DNA of 64,000 nt from an uncultured Bacillota bacterium (GTDB lineage: Bacteria; Bacillota; Clostridia; Lachnospirales; Lachnospiraceae), in NCBI GenBank assembly GCA_905200905.1, contig CAJKMA010000003.1:151-64150 (forward strand), given 5' to 3'. The notes under the pieces are model-generated. The model saw only the letters and a list, made by a program, of their open reading frames with translations. It was not told the DNA's origin and made no database searches. Numbering within the stretch: position 1 is the stretch's first letter; each line of letters starts with the position of its first letter. The position numbers and the translations under genes were made by a program. Below, one piece after another: positions 17,589 through 28,019 of this stretch.

Positions 17589-20189
17589 ATGAACATCAGT
17601 AAATTTACTCAGAAGTCACTGCAGGCCGTCCAGGATTTGGAAAAAACAGCATATGAGTTTGGCAATCAGGAGGTGGAGCAGGAGCATCTGCTTTATAACC
17701 TGTTAAAACAGGAGGACAGCCTGATTTTAAAGCTCATTGAAAAAATGGAAATCCAAAAAGAACATTTCATGGGCAATGTGGAGCAGGCATTAAATGCCAG
17801 AACCAAGGTGTCCGGAGGACAGCCATATATTGGACAATACTTAAACAAAGCACTAGTAAGTGCTGAGGATGAAGCCAGAGTTATGGGGGATGAATACGTC
17901 TCAGTCGAGCATTTATTCCTGTCACTTTTAGCAAATCCAAGCCCGTCTATGAAGAAAATCTGGCAGGAGTATGGCATTACAAAAGAGCGTTTTCTCCAGG
18001 CACTTAGCACGGTCAGAGGCAACCAGAGAGTCACCACGGACAATCCGGAAGTGACCTATGATACCTTAAATAAATATGGTCAGGATTTGGTGGAAAAGGC
18101 CAGAGAACAGAAGCTGGATCCGGTCATTGGAAGAGACGGAGAAATCAGGAATGTCATCCGGATTCTTTCCAGAAAGACCAAAAATAATCCGGTTCTCATT
18201 GGTGAACCAGGTGTAGGTAAAACAGCAGCCGTAGAGGGTCTGGCTCAGCGTATTGTACAGGGTGATGTGCCGGAAGGACTAAAGGATAAGAAGATTTTTG
18301 CCCTGGATATGGGAGCTTTGGTGGCTGGTGCCAAATACAGAGGTGAATTTGAGGAACGTCTGAAAGCTGTTCTGGAAGAAGTAAGAAAAAGCGAAGGACA
18401 GATTATTCTTTTCATCGATGAACTGCATTTGATTGTAGGTGCAGGTAAGACAGACGGTGCCATGGATGCCGGAAATATGTTAAAGCCTATGCTTGCAAGA
18501 GGAGAGCTGCACTGTATCGGTGCAACCACCTTGGATGAATACAGAAAGTACATTGAAAAGGATGCTGCCCTGGAGCGTAGATTCCAGCCGGTTCTGGTAG
18601 ATGAGCCTACCGTAGAAGATACCATTTCTATTTTAAGAGGATTAAAAGAACGCTATGAAGTATTCCATGGTGTTAAGATTACAGACAGTGCCCTGGTAGC
18701 AGCAGCGACCTTGTCTGACCGTTATATTTCCGACCGTTTTCTGCCAGATAAGGCCATTGACCTGGTGGATGAAGCCTGTGCACTGATTAAGACAGAGCTG
18801 GACTCCATGCCTACAGAGCTGGATGAAATGCGTAGAAAAATCATGCAGATGGAGATTGAGGAGGCGGCTTTAAAGAAAGAAAATGACCGTTTAAGCCAGG
18901 ACAGACTCATTGATTTACAGAAGGAAATGGCAGAACTTCGCGATGAATTTAACACCCAGAAAGCACAGTGGGATAATGAAAAAAATTCCGTAGAACGTCT
19001 TCAGAAACTGAGAGAACAGATAGAAGATATGAATAACCGCATCCAGAAGGCACAGAGAGAGTATGACCTGAATGAAGCTGCAAAACTTCAGTATGGAGAG
19101 CTTCCATTGCTTCAGAAACAACTGGCAGCAGAGGAAGAAAAAGTGAAAAATCAGGATTTATCTCTGGTGCATGAGAGTGTGACAGATGAAGAGATTGCCA
19201 GAATCATTTCTCGCTGGACCGGTATTCCGGTAGCGAAATTGACGGAAGGTGAGAGAAGCAAGATTCTGAATCTGGAATCAGAGCTGCACAAACGTGTGAT
19301 TGGTCAGGATGAAGGTGTGACCAAGGTGACAGATGCCATTATCCGTTCCAAAGCTGGTATTAAAGACCCTACAAAACCAATCGGTTCTTTCTTGTTCTTG
19401 GGTCCAACCGGTGTAGGTAAGACAGAATTAGCCAAGACACTGGCAGCTACTTTGTTCGATGATGAACAGAACATGGTGCGTATTGACATGAGTGAATACA
19501 TGGAGAAATATTCGGTATCCAGACTCATCGGAGCGCCTCCGGGATATGTAGGATACGAAGAAGGCGGACAGCTTACTGAGGCAGTGCGGAGAAAACCATA
19601 TTCTGTGGTTCTTTTTGATGAAATTGAAAAAGCCCATCCGGATGTGTTTAATGTACTGCTACAGGTACTGGATGATGGCCGCATCACAGACTCTCAGGGA
19701 CGTACTGTGGACTTTAAAAATACCATTTTGATTATGACGTCAAATATTGGATCCACGTATCTGTTAGACGGTATTGAGGAAAACGGTGATATTAAACAGG
19801 AAGCAAGAGATCTGGTAGACAGAGATTTGAGAGGACATTTCCGCCCAGAATTTCTTAACAGGCTGGATGAGATTATCATGTTTAAGCCGCTGACCAAGGA
19901 TAATATCGGAGGTATTGTGGAACTGCTTCTGGATGATCTGAACAGAAGATTAAAGGATCAGGAGCTTTCCCTGGCATTGACAAAAGCAGCAAAGGATTAT
20001 ATTATAGAAGGCGGTTATGATCCGGTTTACGGTGCCCGCCCACTGAAACGGTATGTTCAGAAATATGTGGAAACCCTCACTGCAAAATTGATTTTGTCAG
20101 GTGATATCAGAGCCAATGACCGGATTGTCATAGATGTTGAAAATGGTGAACTGACTGCACATACGGAGGCTGTGCAGGAGGTTCTGTAA
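17589..20189 (+). CDS. clpB: ATP-dependent chaperone ClpB
   Basis: Two AAA+ modules ([16 protein letters not shown]), long middle coiled coil, GARPL. Confidence 0.97.
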   Translation: MNISKFTQKSLQAVQDLEKTAYEFGNQEVEQEHLLYNLLKQEDSLILKLIEKMEIQKEHFMGNVEQALNARTKVSGGQPYIGQYLNKALVSAEDEARVMGDEYVSVEHLFLSLLANPSPSMKKIWQEYGITKERFLQALSTVRGNQRVTTDNPEVTYDTLNKYGQDLVEKAREQKLDPVIGRDGEIRNVIRILSRKTKNNPVLIGEPGVGKTAAVEGLAQRIVQGDVPEGLKDKKIFALDMGALVAGAKYRGEFEERLKAVLEEVRKSEGQIILFIDELHLIVGAGKTDGAMDAGNMLKPMLARGELHCIGATTLDEYRKYIEKDAALERRFQPVLVDEPTVEDTISILRGLKERYEVFHGVKITDSALVAAATLSDRYISDRFLPDKAIDLVDEACALIKTELDSMPTELDEMRRKIMQMEIEEAALKKENDRLSQDRLIDLQKEMAELRDEFNTQKAQWDNEKNSVERLQKLREQIEDMNNRIQKAQREYDLNEAAKLQYGELPLLQKQLAAEEEKVKNQDLSLVHESVTDEEIARIISRWTGIPVAKLTEGERSKILNLESELHKRVIGQDEGVTKVTDAIIRSKAGIKDPTKPIGSFLFLGPTGVGKTELAKTLAATLFDDEQNMVRIDMSEYMEKYSVSRLIGAPPGYVGYEEGGQLTEAVRRKPYSVVLFDEIEKAHPDVFNVLLQVLDDGRITDSQGRTVDFKNTILIMTSNIGSTYLLDGIEENGDIKQEARDLVDRDLRGHFRPEFLNRLDEIIMFKPLTKDNIGGIVELLLDDLNRRLKDQELSLALTKAAKDYIIEGGYDPVYGARPLKRYVQKYVETLTAKLILSGDIRANDRIVIDVENGELTAHTEAVQEVL

Positions 20190-20208
20190 TCAAAAAGGAG
20201 TATGGAGA

Positions 20209-20379
20209 ATGCCAAAGGATCCGGTTATGTTATTGAGTTATGTAAACACTCAGTTGAGAGATTTCTATTCTTCCCTTTCTGCTATGTGCGAGGATAAGCA
20301 GTGCAGCGTGGAAGAAATCACTGCGAAGCTGGCAGGAATCGATTATGAGTACGATGCCGCCAGAAACCAGTTTGTATAA
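20209..20379 (+). CDS. DUF4250-like small protein (56 aa, absent from the ORF track)
   Basis: Manual translation MPKDPVMLLSYVNTQLRDFYSSLSAMCEDKQCSVEEITAKLAGIDYEYDAARNQFV; AAGGAG upstream. Confidence 0.8.
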   Translation: MPKDPVMLLSYVNTQLRDFYSSLSAMCEDKQCSVEEITAKLAGIDYEYDAARNQFV

Positions 20380-20393
20380 AAAGATATAAAGAG

Positions 20394-20446
20394 AGACAGC
20401 TTTTCCGGCAAGTGTGGGAACTTTCCGGGGAGGCTGTTTTTGTTTT
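20394..20446 (+). terminator. Intrinsic terminator
   Basis: GACAGCTTTTCCGG...CCGGGGAGGCTGTT followed by a T-run. Confidence 0.6.
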
Positions 20447-20545
20447 GCCAGAAATCCTATGATGCTTGCAGGAGGCCACAAAATACTGATATAATAGCGT
20501 TAGAACTTATTATTCGTTGCACCAGGAAAGGAAACAGACACGGAC

Positions 20546-21214
20546 ATGAAAAAAATAGCAGTGGTAGAAGATGATAACAGTCTGAGGACTGCTCTGGCAG
20601 GTGTCTTAGAAGAAAATGGATACAGCCCATGCCTGATTTTAGATTTTATCAATGCGGATCAGGAAATTTTAGCAGCACAGGCGGATCTGGTGCTGCTGGA
20701 TATTATTTTGCCGGGAACCAGCGGACAGGAAATCTTGAGAAATTTAAGGAAAAATTCCCAGATTCCAGTGATTATGCTTACCAGTAAAACAGGAGAGATG
20801 GATGAAATCCTTGCCATGAGTTATGGGGCTGATGACTATGTGACAAAACCATATAATCCCACATTGTTACTTCTGAAAATAGAGGCCATTTTCCGCAGAA
20901 TGACACCGGATCAGACAGATACAGAGCTGGAATACAAGGGAATGCGTGTGGATCTGCTCCGCAGTACCATGAAGTATAAAGAACAGGAAACGGTGCTTTC
21001 CAAAAATGAAATTACGATTTTATACTATCTAATGAAAAATCAGGGGAAAATCGTATCCAGGGATGAATTAATGGATTATCTATGGGATTGTAATGATTTT
21101 GTAGACGACAATACGCTGACAGTGAATATCAACCGCCTGAGAAAACGGCTGGAGGAAGCGGGACTTCCGGGTGTGATTGAGACGAGAAGAAGGCAGGGAT
21201 ATCTTTTAGTATGA
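20546..21214 (+). CDS. OmpR-family response regulator (BceR/GraR-like)
   Basis: VEDD, LLDI, GADDYVTKP, DNTLTVNINRLR. Confidence 0.92.
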   Translation: MKKIAVVEDDNSLRTALAGVLEENGYSPCLILDFINADQEILAAQADLVLLDIILPGTSGQEILRNLRKNSQIPVIMLTSKTGEMDEILAMSYGADDYVTKPYNPTLLLLKIEAIFRRMTPDQTDTELEYKGMRVDLLRSTMKYKEQETVLSKNEITILYYLMKNQGKIVSRDELMDYLWDCNDFVDDNTLTVNINRLRKRLEEAGLPGVIETRRRQGYLLV

Positions 21215-22221
21215 GTGGAAAAAAATATCTGAAAGACCACGGGATGGCTCTGGTCATATGGGGATTAGAGGCGCTGATTCTGGAAAGTATTTTGTGGATG
21301 TTTCATGTGAGAATTCCGGTACAGATTTTCGCTTTTTCCGTACAGTTTCTGGCAATCTTTTTGATTTTTTACTGGGATTTTTCCAGAAAAAAAGAGTTCT
21401 ATTGTGAGATGGAAGAGAAATTAAATACCCTGGAAGAAAAGTATCTGTTAATGGAAATGCTGAGGCAGCCGGAATTTCTGGAAGGAAAATTGTTTTATGA
21501 AACTATGGTACAGATGGAGAAGTCCATGAACGATGAAATTTATGGGCAGATACGGAAAAATAATGAATTTAAGCAATACATTGAGACCTGGGTGCATGAA
21601 ATTAAATTGCCCATTGCAAGTATGCGTCTGCTTTTAAAGGATTATCGGGGCGGTTCTGCAAGAACCTTGAAGGAACAGCTTGCCAGGACAGAGAGTTATG
21701 TGGAACAGGTTCTGTATTATTTAAGAAGCCAGGTTCCGGAGAAGGATTATGTAATCCAGGAGTATTCTCTTAGAACCGTTACAGACCATGTGATTGGGGA
21801 AAATAAGGATAGTTTTATTGGAAATCATGTGAGAATCAGGCAGGAAACAGAAGACGTTTGTGTGCTTACAGACGAAAAGTGGCTGAGTTTTATGGTAGGA
21901 CAGATTTTGAACAATGCTGTGAAATACAGGCAGGAGGAGGCTCCCAAGATTCATCTGTGGAGTGAGGAAAAACAGGGAATCACATCTCTTCATATAAGGG
22001 ATAACGGAAGAGGAATCGCACCGGAAGATTTACCCAGAGTATTTGAAAAATCCTTTACCGGAAAGAACGGAAGAACCGGACAGGCATCCACAGGAATCGG
22101 CCTGTATCTGTGCAAGAAGCTGTCACAGAGACTGGGGCACAGACTGGAAATAGAATCAGAAGAGGGATGCTATACAGAAGTGATTCTTTCCTTTGAACAG
22201 GATGCACATATGACTTTTTAA
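21211..22221 (+). CDS. Intramembrane-sensing histidine kinase (BceS/GraS-like)
   Basis: Two TMs with short loop, WVHEIKLP H-box, NAVKY, DNGRG, TGIGLY. Confidence 0.92.
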   Translation: MSGKKYLKDHGMALVIWGLEALILESILWMFHVRIPVQIFAFSVQFLAIFLIFYWDFSRKKEFYCEMEEKLNTLEEKYLLMEMLRQPEFLEGKLFYETMVQMEKSMNDEIYGQIRKNNEFKQYIETWVHEIKLPIASMRLLLKDYRGGSARTLKEQLARTESYVEQVLYYLRSQVPEKDYVIQEYSLRTVTDHVIGENKDSFIGNHVRIRQETEDVCVLTDEKWLSFMVGQILNNAVKYRQEEAPKIHLWSEEKQGITSLHIRDNGRGIAPEDLPRVFEKSFTGKNGRTGQASTGIGLYLCKKLSQRLGHRLEIESEEGCYTEVILSFEQDAHMTF

Positions 22222-22241
22222 CCTTACAGCAATGTAAGGTT
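22220..22241 (+). promoter_or_regulatory. BceR/GraR-type binding palindrome upstream of the ABC operon
   Basis: AACCTTACA-gcaa-TGTAAGGTT; TATAAT at 22281-22286. Confidence 0.8.
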
Positions 22242-22336
22242 ATTTTATGCAAACTTATGGATAGGGCAAGGTTTCTCTCTTATAATGAACTCAGAAACAA
22301 AAAATATTGCAAAGAAAGTGAGGAAATATATCGGTT

Positions 22337-23104
22337 ATGGAGAAACTGTTAGAAATCCAGAATCTTATGAAATTTTATGGCAATAAATCAAGCCTTACCA
22401 AAGCAGTCAATGATATTAGCTTTACCGTAGAGAAAGGGGAATTTACAGCAATTATGGGAGCCAGTGGTTCCGGAAAAACCACTCTTTTAAACTGTATTTC
22501 CACTATTGACCGGGTGACCAGCGGCCATATTCTGGTGGAGGGGAAGGATATTACAAAGCTAAAAGGGAGCGCTTTGATGAAATTCCGCAGAGAAAAGCTG
22601 GGATTTATTTTCCAGGATTTTCATTTACTGGATACATTAAATGCCTTTGACAACATTGCCCTGGCATTGCAGATTCAGAACGAAAAACCAGAAAAAATAC
22701 AGAAAAGAGTAAGAGAAGTGGCTCAGAAATTAGATATCACAGAGGTGCTGAAAAAGTATCCTTATGAAATGTCAGGAGGGCAGAAACAACGTGTGGCCTG
22801 TGCCAGAGCCATGATTACAGACCCGTCTTTTATCCTGGCAGATGAGCCTACCGGAGCATTAGATTCCCACAGTGCAGGTGTCCTTCTTGGAAGTCTTCAG
22901 TATATGAATCAGGATTTGGATGCTACGATTCTAATGGTGACACATGATGCGTTTTCTGCCAGTTATGCAGGTAGAGTTCTGTTTATGAAAGATGGGAAAC
23001 TCTTCCACGAACTGCAAAAAGGCAGAGCCAGCCGAAAAGAATTTTTTGAGGAAATCATTCACGTGGTATCTCTTCTGGGAGGTGATCTGAATCATGTTAT
23101 TTAG
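22337..23104 (+). CDS. ABC transporter ATPase (BceA-like)
   Basis: [25 protein letters not shown]. Confidence 0.92.
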   Translation: MEKLLEIQNLMKFYGNKSSLTKAVNDISFTVEKGEFTAIMGASGSGKTTLLNCISTIDRVTSGHILVEGKDITKLKGSALMKFRREKLGFIFQDFHLLDTLNAFDNIALALQIQNEKPEKIQKRVREVAQKLDITEVLKKYPYEMSGGQKQRVACARAMITDPSFILADEPTGALDSHSAGVLLGSLQYMNQDLDATILMVTHDAFSASYAGRVLFMKDGKLFHELQKGRASRKEFFEEIIHVVSLLGGDLNHVI

Positions 23105-25091
23105 TCTTTCTGTGAAGAATTTCAAGAAAAGTATCCGGGATTATTCCATTTACTTTTTTACCATGATTCTTGGTATTGCAGTTTTCTATATTTTCAATGC
23201 CATTGAGACCCAGACAGCTATGATGGAAGTGACAAAAATCAAAGCAGCAATCATTGATATGATGAATGGCGTGATGGACGGTGTCAGTATTTTTGTTTCT
23301 TTTATCCTTGGGTATCTGATTGTTTATGCCAGCCGTTTTATGCTGAAGAAACGGAAGATGGAATTCGGTGTGTATATGACCCTTGGCATGAGCAGAGTGA
23401 AGATTGCAGGAATTTTGTGGATGGAATCCATTTGGATGGGAGTGATTTCTCTGGTGGCAGGACTCCTTGTGGGTACGGGGATTTCTCAGTTTATGTCACT
23501 GATGGTTTCTCATCTGTTTCAGGCAGATGTGTCCAGATTTGTGTTTGTGATTTCCTGGAAAGCAGTGGTGAAATCTATCCTGTATTTTCTAATTATCTAT
23601 ACTGTGGTAATGGTATTGAATACCATTGCTATTAGCCGTACAAAACTCATTGATTTTATGACAGCAGGACGGAAAAAAGAAAAAAATCCACTGAAAAATC
23701 CTGTGGTCTCTGTGGTGATTTTTCTTCTGGCATGGGGGATTCTGGGATATGCTTATTACAATGTAACCGCAGGATCAGAGAATCTGGAATCAGAGTTTCA
23801 GGTACTGGCACAGGTGCTTCTTGGTATTGTTGGAACTATACTTGTATTCTGGTCTTTTGCCGGATTTTTCATGTGGATTCTTGGAAAAATGCCAAAGATT
23901 TATTATAAGAAAATTAATTCCTTTGTATTTGGAGAACTGTCCAATAAGTTAAATTCTACGGTGATTTCCTGTAGTGTCATCTGCCTTCTCATGTTTATGA
24001 CTATCTGTATCTTGTTTTCAGCTTTTGCCAGAAAAGATTTCAAAGAAGCAGAAGCAAAAAAGCTGGCTCCTGTGGATATTTCCATGGTGAAAGACTTAGG
24101 AGATGGAAAAACCATAGAAGAAATCATGGAAGAAAAGGATATTTCAGGGAAAGATTTTCAGGATACCTTAAACCTTACTACTTATGAGCTTCCAGAGGTA
24201 ACAAAGGGAAATATTGTAGGGGATGCTGTAGATAGAGAAAGATTTGGAGAGGCATATCTGAACCAGCAAATAGAATTACTTTCGGTAAGCACCTATAACC
24301 AGGCAGCAGAGAAATATCATCTTCCTACCTATGAATTAGAAGAAAATCAGTATCTTGTCATTGCAGATATGGAAGGTGCGGTGGGTATTTTCAATATGGG
24401 ATTGAAAGAAAATCCAGAGCTTACCATAAAAGGAAAAACCTATTATCCAAAAGAAAAAACATGTCAGGATGGATTCCTGATGATGAATTATGACCCACAA
24501 AATATGGGCTTTATCCTGGTTCCGGATTCTGTGAAATTTACAGAAGCAGAACAGAAAAAGAATTATTTCATTGCTGATTATGCAAAGGACACCAAGGCTT
24601 TCCGGGAAGAAATGGACGAAGAATTTTTTGAACGGCTAAACGGAGAAAAAAGCGATGAGTTTTCTGTGTACTTCACTACTCAGTCCTCTGTGTATGATGA
24701 CAGTATCGGCAGCAGTGCCATGTATATTTTCCTGGGATTGTATCTTGGTATTTGCTTCCTGATTTCCGGTTCTGCGGTATTATCCTTAAAGATGTTATCT
24801 GATGCAGCGGACAGCAAAGAGAAGTATCGGATTCTTCAAAAACTGGGATGCGATCAAAAACAAATCTGCCGCGGGCTTCGGAAACAAAACGGTATGGTAT
24901 TTCTTTTACCTGTGATCCTGGCTGCCGTTCATTCTGTCTTTGGCATTCAGGTGTGCATGGAGATGCTGTCTATTTATGAAACAAAGGGAACTGCACCGGC
25001 ACTGGTTCTTACCATGATACTTATAGGAATGATTTACGGAGGGTATTATCTGGTGTCACAGTTTGGATGTGAGAAGATTGTGAGAGAGTAG
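23094..25091 (+). CDS. ABC permease (BceB/FtsX-like, antimicrobial peptide resistance)
   Basis: About 10 TMs with a large extracellular loop; KRKMEFGVYMTLGM. Confidence 0.88.
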   Translation: MLFSLSVKNFKKSIRDYSIYFFTMILGIAVFYIFNAIETQTAMMEVTKIKAAIIDMMNGVMDGVSIFVSFILGYLIVYASRFMLKKRKMEFGVYMTLGMSRVKIAGILWMESIWMGVISLVAGLLVGTGISQFMSLMVSHLFQADVSRFVFVISWKAVVKSILYFLIIYTVVMVLNTIAISRTKLIDFMTAGRKKEKNPLKNPVVSVVIFLLAWGILGYAYYNVTAGSENLESEFQVLAQVLLGIVGTILVFWSFAGFFMWILGKMPKIYYKKINSFVFGELSNKLNSTVISCSVICLLMFMTICILFSAFARKDFKEAEAKKLAPVDISMVKDLGDGKTIEEIMEEKDISGKDFQDTLNLTTYELPEVTKGNIVGDAVDRERFGEAYLNQQIELLSVSTYNQAAEKYHLPTYELEENQYLVIADMEGAVGIFNMGLKENPELTIKGKTYYPKEKTCQDGFLMMNYDPQNMGFILVPDSVKFTEAEQKKNYFIADYAKDTKAFREEMDEEFFERLNGEKSDEFSVYFTTQSSVYDDSIGSSAMYIFLGLYLGICFLISGSAVLSLKMLSDAADSKEKYRILQKLGCDQKQICRGLRKQNGMVFLLPVILAAVHSVFGIQVCMEMLSIYETKGTAPALVLTMILIGMIYGGYYLVSQFGCEKIVRE

Positions 25092-25118
25092 GAAAAGTGT
25101 GGGGATGAGATGAATTGT

Positions 25119-25397
25119 TTATTCATCCCATCCTTCGTAAAACCGTACATTCACACAGATAGTCCGCACAATATCTCCTTCCTCTAAATCCATATCTCCT
25201 TCATCGGATACAGTTGGAAGTTCGCAGTCTTCTTCAGACAACTCCAGGCTCAGCCAGTTGTATGCAGCCTCGTTGGCATTGTCAATAGCTTCGTCTAAGG
25301 TATCGCCTTCTGCATAGCAGCATTCCAGGTCTGGAAAGTGTGCTTTATATTTACCGGATTCTGTTTTGCGGAAAACCGCAGGATATAAAAATTTCAT
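25119..25397 (-). CDS. HicB-family protein (orphan)
   Basis: YPAVF...Y.AHFPDLECCYAEGDT..EAI.NA.EA; ATG 25397 with GGAGG RBS. Confidence 0.82.
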   Translation of the reverse strand: MKFLYPAVFRKTESGKYKAHFPDLECCYAEGDTLDEAIDNANEAAYNWLSLELSEEDCELPTVSDEGDMDLEEGDIVRTICVNVRFYEGWDE

Positions 25398-25561
25398 GGA
25401 AAAATCCTCCTTATTTTCTTTCAGATATGTTAAAGTATATAACAAAAGCAAAATAGGGACAAGTAGTAGATTTCTATTACGGATTTTCCAGAAAGCAAGG
25501 TTTTGGCAATAAAAAAAGTAGTTCTTTATACTACTGAGAAAAAGAAATTGGAGGATAAGAA

Positions 25562-26779
25562 ATGAACTATGATTTTACTTCCATCATCGACAGAAGAGGA
25601 TGGGATGCGATTGCTGTAGACTCTGTCTACAATGACTCAGATTTTGGACCGGATGCACCGAAAGAAGGATTTGACGTAATTCCTATGTGGGTAGCAGATA
25701 TGAATTTTCCGGCCCTTCCTACGATTCAGGAGGCCATTCATCTGAGGGTAGATCATCCCGCATACGGATATTTCAGTCCAAGAAAAGAATATACAAACAG
25801 TATTATTTCATGGCAGGAGCAAAGAAATGGTGTTACTGGGTTAAAAGCAGAACATATTGGTTATGAGAACGGTGTACTGGGCGGTGTACTCAGTGTATTA
25901 GGTGTCATTTGTTCAAAAGGTGACAATGTACTGGTACATGCACCGACATATATCGGATTTACTTCTTCTCTGGAAAACAACGGTTATCATATCGTGCATT
26001 CACATCTTGTGAAAGATGAAGAGAATATTTGGCGTATGGATTTTGAAGATATGGAGAAAAAAATCAAGGAAAACCATATCCATGCGGCTATTTTCTGCTC
26101 TCCACACAATCCGTGCGGCCGCGTATGGGAACGCTGGGAAATCGAGAAAGCCATGGAGATTTACAAGAAATATGATGTGTTTGTTGTCTCTGATGAAATT
26201 TGGTCTGACCTTATTATGCCGGGATATCAGCATATTCCAACCCAGTCTGTTTCAGAAGATGCAAAAAGCCGTACTGCAGCCATGTATGCACCTTCTAAGA
26301 CCTTTAATCTGGCAGGGCTGGTAGGTTCCTATCATATTATTTATAATTCATGGCTTCGTGAGAGGGTAGAAAAGGAGTCTTCTCTCAGCCACTATAATGA
26401 AATGAATGTACTTTCTATGTATGCACTTATGGGAGCGTACAGAGAAGAAGGGCATGTATGGGTAGACGAACTATGCCAGGTATTAAATGGGAACATAGAG
26501 TATGCCTGTGATTTTATCAAAGAACATTTTCCAGAGGTAGAAGTGGCAAGGCCCCAGGGAACTTATATGCTGTTTCTTGATTGCAGTAGATGGTGTGAAA
26601 CATACGGAAAAACCCTGGATGAAGTGCTGAAAGCAGGATGGGATGTGGGAGTTGCATGGCAGGATGGAAGACCGTTCCATGGCTGCTGCCATATTCGTAT
26701 GAATCTTGCACTGCCACTGACAAGAGTACAGGAAGCCTTTGCCCGTTTGAAAACCTATGTATTTACCATAGAAAAATAG
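25562..26779 (+). CDS. MalY/PatB-family PLP-dependent C-S lyase, copy 1
   Basis: PMWVADMNF, SPHNPCGR, SDEIW, APSKTFNLAG. Confidence 0.92.
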   Translation: MNYDFTSIIDRRGWDAIAVDSVYNDSDFGPDAPKEGFDVIPMWVADMNFPALPTIQEAIHLRVDHPAYGYFSPRKEYTNSIISWQEQRNGVTGLKAEHIGYENGVLGGVLSVLGVICSKGDNVLVHAPTYIGFTSSLENNGYHIVHSHLVKDEENIWRMDFEDMEKKIKENHIHAAIFCSPHNPCGRVWERWEIEKAMEIYKKYDVFVVSDEIWSDLIMPGYQHIPTQSVSEDAKSRTAAMYAPSKTFNLAGLVGSYHIIYNSWLRERVEKESSLSHYNEMNVLSMYALMGAYREEGHVWVDELCQVLNGNIEYACDFIKEHFPEVEVARPQGTYMLFLDCSRWCETYGKTLDEVLKAGWDVGVAWQDGRPFHGCCHIRMNLALPLTRVQEAFARLKTYVFTIEK

Positions 26780-26788
26780 GCAAACAAG

Positions 26789-27637
26789 TTACTTTTTATT
26801 TTGTTTATGAGTCCTGCGGTATTCTGTGGGGGATACGCCTTCTAACTTGCGGAATGCCTGGGAAAAATAGCTGCTGGAAGAAAACCCCAGGGTGTGTGCG
26901 ATATAGGAAAGAGAAAAGTCGGTAGTAGTTAAAAGCTGCCGGCTTTCTTCTATTCTGCGCATAGCTAGGTAGCTAATAGGTGAAATTCCATATTCTTTAC
27001 TAAAAATATGAACTACATGATATTTACTTACATGAGCAATCTGAGCCAGATGTTCTAAGGTGATTTCTTCCTTATAATGGTTATCAATATAGCGTCGAAC
27101 CAGAGCACAGATATGGCTGGAGCGTCGGTTTAAAGGAATCAAGGCAGCCGAAAATTTTGTTTGCCGCATGAGCTGGATAACCAGGATATCCAGGAAATCC
27201 TGGCAGACCATTTCATAGCCGGCAGGTTTTGTTTCGATTTCTCTTTGCATAGTACGGAGATAGAAAAGAAGGTCCTCCATATGATTCTGGAAGTGAACCA
27301 CACAAAAACGATCATCCTGCTCATTTTGAAGGAAGAGCTGCAGGTTTTCCACGCCAAGGACAATATATTCCAGAGGCTGGGCATTCAGACTGGTTTCTGT
27401 ATGTTCTACATTGGGATTAATAACGAATAAATCACCTACATGTACAGGATAAAGTTCATTTTCTATGGAAAACTGGCCGCTTCCGCCAATTACGAAAAAA
27501 AGTTCTGTGAAGTCATGAGTATGGGGAAGACTGTGCCAATCGCCTCCATATTTTGCAGTGCTTAAATAAAGCAGGCGGGCATCACTGTGGATAACACGGT
27601 TTTTTTCTTGTATTAGGGTATAACGGTTACAGCTCAT
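26789..27637 (-). CDS. AraC-family transcriptional regulator
   Basis: Cupin HSLPHTHDFTE; C-terminal double HTH (LGFSSSSYFSQAFRK). Confidence 0.92.
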   Translation of the reverse strand: MSCNRYTLIQEKNRVIHSDARLLYLSTAKYGGDWHSLPHTHDFTELFFVIGGSGQFSIENELYPVHVGDLFVINPNVEHTETSLNAQPLEYIVLGVENLQLFLQNEQDDRFCVVHFQNHMEDLLFYLRTMQREIETKPAGYEMVCQDFLDILVIQLMRQTKFSAALIPLNRRSSHICALVRRYIDNHYKEEITLEHLAQIAHVSKYHVVHIFSKEYGISPISYLAMRRIEESRQLLTTTDFSLSYIAHTLGFSSSSYFSQAFRKLEGVSPTEYRRTHKQNKK

Positions 27638-28019
27638 GGTAAATTCTCCTTTTAGAATAGATTTTATATAAATTGTTGTTTTGTGTCATATTTTGCTGCT
27701 TTTTCACTATAACACAAATAAGAAAAGAAGGGAATATAAAAAGGAACCCCTGTGTAGAGGGAATTTTTTATAAGAATCAGAAGAAGCTTTACAGGATTAG
27801 AAAAGAGAGGGAGAGGAAAATTCTGTATAAAAACCACAGGATATTTAAGAATACATAGAAAAAACGGGTAAAATACATAAAAACAGCAAGATATATAAAA
27901 TAAAGCACAAGAATCGAGTAGAAGAATTTGAGAAAAAAGGTATACTAGAAATATCAAGACTGTTGTGCATTTGTACAACTTGGAAAACCAAAACCGCTTA
28001 TTAAAGGAGGGTATTATTT

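Noticed and set aside
17693..19897. Long antisense ORFs within clpB, and similar shadow ORFs in addAB, bilR and the NahK-like gene
   Set aside because: Opposite-strand shadows of well-supported genes with no independent signals
20230..20481. 83-aa minus-strand ORF after clpB
   Set aside because: Overlaps the better-supported plus-strand DUF4250-like ORF and its terminator
27664..27978. ORFs in the AraC/SBP intergenic region
   Set aside because: Purine/pyrimidine-skewed divergent promoter region; translations are low complexity
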